Virus record (IMG/VR): IMGVR_UViG_3300021310_000004
Source: a virus
Taxonomy: Duplodnaviria; Heunggongvirae; Uroviricota; Caudoviricetes
Reading direction: 5' to 3' (one strand)
DNA: 12,503 nt
The notes beneath the pieces were generated by a model. The model was not told the origin of the DNA. It searched no databases and saw nothing but the letters and a program-made list of their open reading frames with translations. Position 1 is the first letter of the stretch, and the number at the start of each line of letters is the position of its first letter. Shown piece after piece: positions 7,711 to 12,503 of the stretch. The position numbers and the translations under genes were made by a program.

Positions 7711-8868
7711 TTAATTCAAATATTCTTCCGGCTTATCATCCCAAACCATGCTTTGTTCGAACCAGTTCTGTTCCTCTTCCATACGTACGATTTTTTCTTC
7801 TTCAGACAATCGCTGGAATGGTTCCCATGTATATGTTGCGTCGTGTAGTTTATTGATCGTGATAGACAATTTCTTAACATCGTGATTTACGATCGCATTC
7901 GTGTACGCTTCCAATACGGTCTCTCGCAACGCAGCATCAATTAATCTACATCCGTATTTAGAATTCGCCATCTGTACCAGTTCTTCTTCGGCGCTATCAA
8001 GAACGGTAAGGGAATCCAGGTTAAAGTTCTGCGCGATATTCCGAACGGTTTTTGTGATGACCATTTTGATATCATCTATTCCAAGTTTATTGTAATTAAC
8101 AATATACGGAAAGCGTCCGATTATTTCGTTTGACGCTCCAGCATCAACCATATCGTTTCTGGTCAATGGAAGATATGGATTATCCTTCTCTGTGTTCCAA
8201 GTTGAGTTGATGCCGATTGGATTCTTCTTCTCCTCTCTTCTATTGCGAAATGATTCAAATGATCCAAGGCCAACGAACATCAATCTATCTGTTTTTATTG
8301 TTCCGCGATCATTCGTATATACTTCGCCACCCTCAATCATGCTAAGCAAAGATGCCTGTACATCACCATTTACGTTTGTTCCATTGGAGTCGTACATTGG
8401 GATTACCTTCTTATCGAACTCGTCTAAGAATACGATTCCCATAGGATTCATATCACGTCGCTTAATAAATGGCGCTAAAATAGAAACTGTATCATTTCCC
8501 TTGAATCCATTTGCGGTAACAGATGACATATCGTAAATGTAAACGGAAAGAGATGGTACTGCTTTTGAAAAATACTTTTGAATCGCACGATACGTCTCGG
8601 TCTTTCCGGATCCAGACGGCGCACTGATAATCATATTATTGCGAATCGGAGAGTCTTGCAGCAGAGCGTTTAAATAAGAATAAACGTTTGCACATACCTG
8701 CTTTAATCCATCCTGACCAATTACGTCTTCTTTGACACTATTATAGAACGTTGAAAATGGGACCTCCTCCAACCAATGGGAGATTTCGTTTTTAACAAGG
8801 ATGCTGTGCATGTCACCTGTTAATCCTTTCTGTGGTACTGTTGTAAATTCTGTAATATTACTATCCAA
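7711..8868 (-). CDS. ClpX/HslU-like AAA+ ATPase lacking the N-terminal zinc-binding domain, 385 aa
   Basis: VIGQD, Walker A APSGSGKT, pore-loop ANGFKGND (ClpX EAGYVGED), Walker B IVFLDEFDK, GDVQASLLSMIEG, TDRLMFVGLGSF, EIIGRFP and sensor-2-like YGCRL. TTG start with SD AAGGAGG. Confidence 0.88.
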   Translation of the reverse strand: MDSNITEFTTVPQKGLTGDMHSILVKNEISHWLEEVPFSTFYNSVKEDVIGQDGLKQVCANVYSYLNALLQDSPIRNNMIISAPSGSGKTETYRAIQKYFSKAVPSLSVYIYDMSSVTANGFKGNDTVSILAPFIKRRDMNPMGIVFLDEFDKKVIPMYDSNGTNVNGDVQASLLSMIEGGEVYTNDRGTIKTDRLMFVGLGSFESFRNRREEKKNPIGINSTWNTEKDNPYLPLTRNDMVDAGASNEIIGRFPYIVNYNKLGIDDIKMVITKTVRNIAQNFNLDSLTVLDSAEEELVQMANSKYGCRLIDAALRETVLEAYTNAIVNHDVKKLSITINKLHDATYTWEPFQRLSEEEKIVRMEEEQNWFEQSMVWDDKPEEYLN

Positions 8869-8932
8869 TATTTTGTCCTCCTTTTCATGCTCTAATAATA
8901 AGTAAAAAGACCGGTTTTTCGGCTGTTTGGTT

Positions 8933-10159
8933 TTAGAAAATATCTAAAATATCTTCCAAATCGTCCTCATCTTCCTGCTCGAAAACAAGTCCGCGACCAG
9001 ACAAAAGCTTGTCGCCGCGCTTCTCCCGGACGTTATATGATTTCTTCAACTTCTGCAGTGCTCCGGAGATAATCTGCTGAATTTTGATACGATCAATTCC
9101 GGTCATCTCTTCGATCTCATAGGCCTTCATCGGACGCGTTTCAATAAACTGATTACCATCACACTCTAACCCGAGATTAAGGCACAACAGTGTGCGTTCT
9201 TCATCGGTAAGGTTCCCCAGATGCTGCATCATGTCGCTACGTTTCTCCTGATCCAATAAATTGGATTCTGGCATTGCGAAACTCGTTTGAGCAATCATTC
9301 CGCCACTGTTATTAAAATCTGGAGAATCGATCGTTGTCATTGTGTTCTTTGCATATACACGAGCCAACGCTTCCGATACTTCCTTTACGGACTTATTTGT
9401 CATATGAGCAATAAGCGCAGTAGTTGGCACGATTCCTCGTTTCTCGCATTCGCTAAGTGCATTGATAACAAGTTTATTCGTACGCATATCCTGCTTATTT
9501 GGTTCTCCGGTTCTTTTCGCTTCAAATTCAAACACGGAGCCCGACAATATCTTCGCATTAAAGAATGTAGTAAGCTGGTATCCAGTGCTTGGATCGTATC
9601 GGTCAATATTTTCCCAAATATAGGCTGCGCACTGGTTCAATGCTTCTACAACTCGGTTGTAGCGTTCTGAGTCTGAAATTGGCTGCTTCTTATAATAATT
9701 CTCACATACGGTACGAACATAGTTTCTAATCGTCAGCCATAATGCATTCTTAGCAAGTTCAAATGCATCCTTGTATTCCGGACCATATAATTCCTTATTC
9801 ATGTCCTGGATAAATGTGATCAAGAACAATTTTGCATCGTTGCAGTTTCGCTTTGCAAAATAGGTTGCATATCGAATCGCTTCTCTTTTTGATTTTGCAT
9901 CATCTTTATAAAGAAGCGTTAGCGCCTTATTCTGGTCAAATTCCTTGTCTTCATATGTTTTGTCCAGCCCGTAGCGCATCCAGTCATTCAGAGCCTCTTC
10001 TTCTTTTGCGCGTTTCTTTTGAGGCTTCTTTTTAGGAACATCAATTTCATCCAAGACACTCATCGACTCATCCAGCTCAGATTCGTGTTTTGTTTCGTTT
10101 TTATGAACTTCGTCATAATAATCAACATCATCGTAACGTTCATCATCTAATACGTACAT
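8933..10159 (-). CDS. Divergent sigma70-family RNA polymerase sigma factor, 408 aa
   Basis: Region 2-like IWENIDRYDPSTGYQLTTFF, region 3-like PTTALIAHMTNKSVKEVSEAL...TIDSP and region 4 LGNLTDEERTLLCLNLGL...AYEIEEMTGIDRIKIQQIISGALQKLKK. SD AGAGGT. Confidence 0.85.
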   Translation of the reverse strand: MYVLDDERYDDVDYYDEVHKNETKHESELDESMSVLDEIDVPKKKPQKKRAKEEEALNDWMRYGLDKTYEDKEFDQNKALTLLYKDDAKSKREAIRYATYFAKRNCNDAKLFLITFIQDMNKELYGPEYKDAFELAKNALWLTIRNYVRTVCENYYKKQPISDSERYNRVVEALNQCAAYIWENIDRYDPSTGYQLTTFFNAKILSGSVFEFEAKRTGEPNKQDMRTNKLVINALSECEKRGIVPTTALIAHMTNKSVKEVSEALARVYAKNTMTTIDSPDFNNSGGMIAQTSFAMPESNLLDQEKRSDMMQHLGNLTDEERTLLCLNLGLECDGNQFIETRPMKAYEIEEMTGIDRIKIQQIISGALQKLKKSYNVREKRGDKLLSGRGLVFEQEDEDDLEDILDIF

Positions 10160-10177
10160 ATTTTCTTACCTCTCTAA

Positions 10178-10369
10178 TCAAAACCACTTCATCGTCCGAC
10201 CGTTCTTGTATTGTTCATTTGCTACCGAATGCATCCATGCGATATCGGCCATTTCAATAAAGTCCTTGTTTTTTTGTTCCTGTATTACATAATTCACGGC
10301 TTCTGTCGGAGTTTTGAATGTACCGTCACGCAGTACCTGATCTAATAAATCATATGTATCTTTTTGCAT
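10178..10369 (-). CDS. Small hypothetical protein, 63 aa (start moved from 10444 to 10369)
   Basis: ATG 10369 has SD GAAAGGAG. MQKDTYDLLDQV...MKWF ends 18 nt before the sigma start codon. Confidence 0.7.
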   Translation of the reverse strand: MQKDTYDLLDQVLRDGTFKTPTEAVNYVIQEQKNKDFIEMADIAWMHSVANEQYKNGRTMKWF

Positions 10370-10399
10370 GATCCGGCTCCTTTCAAAATACCATTCACA

Positions 10400-10436
10400 T
10401 ATAATACGTATCATTGTTTGTCGTTTTGTGACAAAA
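10400..10436 (-). promoter_or_regulatory. Class-A motif copy 3 (TTTTGTCACAAA-N9-AATGATACGTATTATA)
   Basis: Same conserved blocks and spacing, 31 nt upstream of the first gene of the sigma operon. Confidence 0.8.
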
Positions 10437-10530
10437 TTTTCCATCCTTTTTTAACACATTATGTATTGATTAATGTAGCTACATATGTAAAGAAGTAAAT
10501 CCATTCGATGAACTTTTTAAATCGTTATTA

Positions 10531-10556
10531 GTTTCCAAATATTAATTTCATATTTA
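10531..10556 (+). promoter_or_regulatory. Class-B motif copy 4 (GTTTCCA-N11-CATATTTA)
   Basis: Same motif on the plus strand, so it flips with gene orientation. It lies 40 nt upstream of ATG 10596. Confidence 0.72.
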
Positions 10557-10595
10557 AAACATGTAAAACAAACCATATAGAAAGGAATATAAAAA

Positions 10596-11447
10596 ATGGC
10601 AAAAGAAAACTACGTATCGCTCCGTGGCCAATTACGCCAGGAAGCAAAATACATTGTCGATCCAGATACAGGTGCATTTAAAAAGGCTGTCTTCAGACTT
10701 ACCGTATTGCGCCGTGATACACGAGATCGTGCAAACAATTTTTCACCAAAATTTGACAAACCAATCATTTCTACAGAGGATTTTGGCATCATCAAACAGA
10801 TCCAAAAGCTGCAGGTTGGAGACATCGTTGAAATAAAGGGTGTCTACAAAACAAAGTACATCAAGAAACAGTGCAAGTGCCCAAAGTGCGAATCGGTAAA
10901 TGTTTTTGACACCCCGTTCCCAACAATCACTCCACTGTTCGTTGGAAAGTGTACCGAGCTTGGCACAAATGTCGAAGGCACCGACTATCTGAAGGACTGC
11001 GCTGAGATTTCGAATATTGTTAAATTGATTGGCCGAGTATGTATCGATAAGGAGGATTTTCAGTACGGCGAGACAGATCGTGGAGATCGTTATGTGAAGT
11101 ATAAGATTGCCGTTAACCGTAAATTCTTCGATGCTAGTTCAGAGGGCCTGGATGATCATACCGATTACCCGGTTGTTTATTCCTACAACGATGTTGCAGA
11201 CTCTGATATGGCGATGTTAAAGAAGGGCACTCTTATTTATCTGGATGGATATCTTCATACAATGAATTATGATGCCGAAGTTGAGTGCTGCGAGTGCGGC
11301 GAATCTTTTAAGGTTCCAATGCAGCGCATGAATGTTACTCCATATGCGAACGAATACTTGCGCGACTACATCGAAGATGGTATGGAGTCTACGCATAAGG
11401 AAGCAATGGAAGATCCGGCCCCAATGCATGATGGTGACCTGGGATAG
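10596..11447 (+). CDS. Tandem-OB-fold SSB-like protein with two CxxC knuckles, 283 aa
   Basis: Repeats ENYVSLRGQL...LQVGDIVEIKG and SNIVKLIGRV...YKIAVNRK...TDYPVVYSY...LKKGTLIYLDGYLHT are SSB-like. CPKC (95-98) and CCEC (231-234). SD AGAAAGGA. Confidence 0.8.
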   Translation: MAKENYVSLRGQLRQEAKYIVDPDTGAFKKAVFRLTVLRRDTRDRANNFSPKFDKPIISTEDFGIIKQIQKLQVGDIVEIKGVYKTKYIKKQCKCPKCESVNVFDTPFPTITPLFVGKCTELGTNVEGTDYLKDCAEISNIVKLIGRVCIDKEDFQYGETDRGDRYVKYKIAVNRKFFDASSEGLDDHTDYPVVYSYNDVADSDMAMLKKGTLIYLDGYLHTMNYDAEVECCECGESFKVPMQRMNVTPYANEYLRDYIEDGMESTHKEAMEDPAPMHDGDLG

Positions 11448-11456
11448 GAGGTACAA

Positions 11457-11687
11457 ATGAATAACATCGACGCTAGATGGATTAAAGAGATCATTATTGC
11501 TGTTGTTCTTGGATTTTTATCCGGAGAGCTCGTATCAAAACTTCTTGGTCTTGTATTAAGAGGTGGTCAATGGGAGCTATTCTTATCCTGCTTTGTTCCG
11601 CTTTTTATGGTTGGCGGACTGCTTATCGTCCTCATGAGATATACGAAAGAAGAAGACGATATTATTAATGGCAACTCTAATGAGTAA
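11457..11687 (+). CDS. Small membrane protein with two predicted TM helices, 76 aa
   Basis: Two hydrophobic stretches (IIIAVVLGFLSGELVSKLLGLVL and LFLSCFVPLFMVGGLLIVLM). SD AGGAGG overlaps the upstream TAG. Confidence 0.8.
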   Translation: MNNIDARWIKEIIIAVVLGFLSGELVSKLLGLVLRGGQWELFLSCFVPLFMVGGLLIVLMRYTKEEDDIINGNSNE

Positions 11688-11719
11688 AAAAAGGACGTAC
11701 CTAAATTGGTACGTCCTTT
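11686..11719. terminator. Bidirectional terminator
   Basis: Perfect 12-bp stem AAAGGACGTACC-TAAATT-GGTACGTCCTTT, with a 7-A run on the left (minus-strand U-tract) and TTTATT on the right. Confidence 0.9.
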
Positions 11720-11902
11720 ATTCTCGCATTCATGTGTCGCGAGCTTAACCATTTATAATGAAAGCTCCTCGCTTTTGTTGCCCACCCTATCGAGCAACAC
11801 GGTTTTATCGATACCTTTTGTAACGTGATTTGCTATTTCGGTCGAATCAATAGACCGGAGCGGTTTTCACTTGCAAGATTCGAGTCCAAAGGTAACCCGC
11901 AT

Positions 11903-11916
11903 CAAACCTTTGTTCT
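11903..11916. promoter_or_regulatory. Putative Firmicutes-type LexA (SOS) box, just downstream of the predicted start site
   Basis: Minus strand AGAAC-AAAG-GTTTG matches GAAC-N4-GTTY. Confidence 0.6.
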
Positions 11917-11925
11917 TATATTGGT

Positions 11926-11954
11926 ACTCTATCAAACTTTTGTTCGCTTGTCAA
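11926..11954 (-). promoter_or_regulatory. Sigma-A-type promoter with a LexA box in its spacer
   Basis: TTGACA (11954-11949), 17 bp spacer, TG-A-TAGAGT (11931-11926). Confidence 0.7.
11933..11946. promoter_or_regulatory. Putative LexA (SOS) box in the promoter spacer
   Basis: Minus strand CGAAC-AAAA-GTTTG. It forms a direct repeat, 30 bp apart, with the box at 11903-11916. Confidence 0.65.
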
Positions 11955-11993
11955 ATTATTTTTACAAAACGATAAAAAAGTCCGGTTTCTTTC

Positions 11994-12022
11994 TTGATTT
12001 GGCATAACAGATTTGCTAAGCT
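11994..12022 (+). promoter_or_regulatory. Sigma-A-type promoter for the toxin-like mRNA
   Basis: TTGATT (11994-11999), 17 bp spacer, TG-C-TAAGCT (12017-12022). Predicted +1 is near A12029. Confidence 0.55.
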
Positions 12023-12111
12023 TCTGATAGTGCCACCTAGAGAAAACGGTAGCGGTTTGGCCTTTCAACGTATGGTTTTCATACGCCTTCCTGCGAATTG
12101 GAGGTGTCGCC

Positions 12112-12129
12112 ATGAGGAAAGTACAGTGA
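12112..12129 (+). other. 5-codon upstream ORF (MRKVQ) with a strong SD
   Basis: GGAGGTG at 12100-12106, ATG at 12112, TGA at 12127-12129, directly followed by the AAGGG SD-like element of the toxin ORF. Confidence 0.45.
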
Positions 12130-12139
12130 AAGGGTCATA

Positions 12140-12259
12140 GTGGATTTGTTGAAACTTATTGGTGCTCTTGCATCAGTCGTCAGTGCAATCGTCGCACTCG
12201 TCCGTCTGATATGGGATATCCATAAAGATGGACAACAAAAAAGCAACCGCCGTCGCTAA
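12140..12259 (+). CDS. Putative type I toxin, 39-aa single-TM peptide (not in ORF track)
   Basis: GTG start. MDLLKLIGALASVVSAIVALVRLIWDIHKDGQQKSNRRR has a hydrophobic helix plus a charged/basic tail, with a convergent antisense promoter downstream. Confidence 0.72.
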   Translation: MDLLKLIGALASVVSAIVALVRLIWDIHKDGQQKSNRRR

Positions 12260-12275
12260 GGTAAGGTTGCTTTTT
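12237..12275. terminator. Bidirectional hairpin overlapping the toxin stop; terminator of the antisense RNA
   Basis: 11-bp stem AAAAAGCAACC/GGTTGCTTTTT with a 16-nt loop that contains the toxin TAA. Confidence 0.75.
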
Positions 12276-12326
12276 CTCAGTAACTATTAACCAAGGCCAA
12301 CCGTCTATCGAGGTGGCACTTTTGTT
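12237..12326 (-). ncRNA. Putative ~90-nt cis-antisense antitoxin RNA
   Basis: Bounded by a near-consensus promoter (12333-12360) and the U-tract terminator. It overlaps the toxin 3' end and has an internal GCCACC/GGUUGGC hairpin. Confidence 0.65.
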
Positions 12327-12332
12327 GTCTTA

Positions 12333-12360
12333 ATTATAACATCATAGAACGATAAGTCAA
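12333..12360 (-). promoter_or_regulatory. Strong sigma-A-type promoter for the antisense RNA
   Basis: TTGACT (12360-12355), 16 bp spacer, extended -10 TG-T-TATAAT (12338-12333). Confidence 0.8.
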
Positions 12361-12503
12361 ATGGCATCTCATAACCTGATAGGGTAAATTTACTGTAGGA
12401 ATAAACGAATAGAATCATCCCAGAACATCAGGATCCTGACAAGAGCATGGTACTCCATTTTTTGATTACTTGCAATTGGGTGTTGCGAATTACACCAAGC
12501 TGT

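Larger units (their letters stand above)
11686..11919 (-). ncRNA. Putative ~230-nt SOS-controlled transcript with no convincing CDS
   Basis: Inferred from the promoter at 11926-11954 and the minus-strand U-tract terminator. Several short internal hairpins. Confidence 0.35.
1..12503. mobile_element. Internal region of a large mobile element (plasmid/ICE or large phage), Firmicutes-type host
   Basis: HU, a RecD2-like helicase, two SSB-like genes, an extra sigma factor, a truncated ClpX-like ATPase and a type I TA-like locus are clustered with hypothetical genes and no chromosomal housekeeping context. No boundaries, rep, relaxase or integrase are in the window, so this is an inference. Confidence 0.6.

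Noticed and set aside
8897-8914. Possible weak terminator between the sigma and ATPase genes (minus strand AGCCG-AAAAAC-CGGTCT-TTTT)
   Set aside because: Only 3-5 bp of stem, too weak to call, although partial attenuation cannot be excluded.
4311-9670. Antisense or nested short ORFs inside recD2, the exonuclease-like, SSB-like, ATPase and sigma genes
   Set aside because: They fully overlap well-supported genes and have no independent SD or motif support.
10440-10595. AT-rich intergenic region as a replication origin
   Set aside because: No iterons, recognisable DnaA boxes or adjacent rep gene; divergent promoter motifs explain it.
11567-11752. 61-aa minus-strand ORF with a GAGGAG SD
   Set aside because: The SD is 12 nt from the ATG and lies in a stem, a strong terminator interrupts the frame early, and the remainder is antisense to the 76-aa gene.
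11870-11881. AATCTTGC plus the CTTGCAAG palindrome as a MOB-P-like oriT nick site
   Set aside because: A loose match only, with no adjacent long inverted repeat and no relaxase in the window.
11825-12113. ORF-track entries 11825-12007 (+) and 11916-12113 (-)
   Set aside because: They span promoters, LexA boxes and the toxin leader, with no SD.
12361-12503. Possible 3' end of a minus-strand gene entering from the right edge
   Set aside because: Two frames are open for only about 24-37 codons with no recognisable motif or terminator, so it cannot be assigned.
1-12503. CRISPR array, tRNA/rRNA, IS or transposase, att sites
   Set aside because: None seen. The repeated elements are dispersed upstream motifs, not regularly spaced arrays.

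Overview
A 12.5 kb segment that looks like the accessory/regulatory region of a large mobile element (plasmid, ICE or large phage) from a low-GC Gram-positive, probably Clostridia-type, host; this is inferred from gene content, the SD sequences and the LexA-box type. It encodes HU, a RecD2-like helicase, a DnaQ/DEDDh-fold protein lacking most catalytic residues, two tandem-OB SSB-like proteins (one with paired CxxC knuckles), a ClpX-like AAA+ ATPase, a divergent sigma70-family factor, a lipoprotein, several small ORFs and a large hypothetical gene cut by the left edge. No replicase, relaxase, integrase or virion gene is visible, so the element type is unresolved. The most striking non-coding signal is two families of bipartite upstream motifs with fixed spacing. 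Class A (TTTTGTCACAAA-N9-AATGATACGTATTRTA, 3 copies) precedes recD2, the degenerate exonuclease and the sigma operon. Class B (STWTCCA-N11-CATATTTA, 4 copies) precedes both SSB-like genes, the lipoprotein and the large ORF. Together they suggest an element-private transcription cascade. The right end holds a probable type I toxin-antitoxin locus absent from the ORF track and a promoter with two LexA boxes driving a short, apparently non-coding transcript. All functional calls come from manual motif reading; no database search was run.
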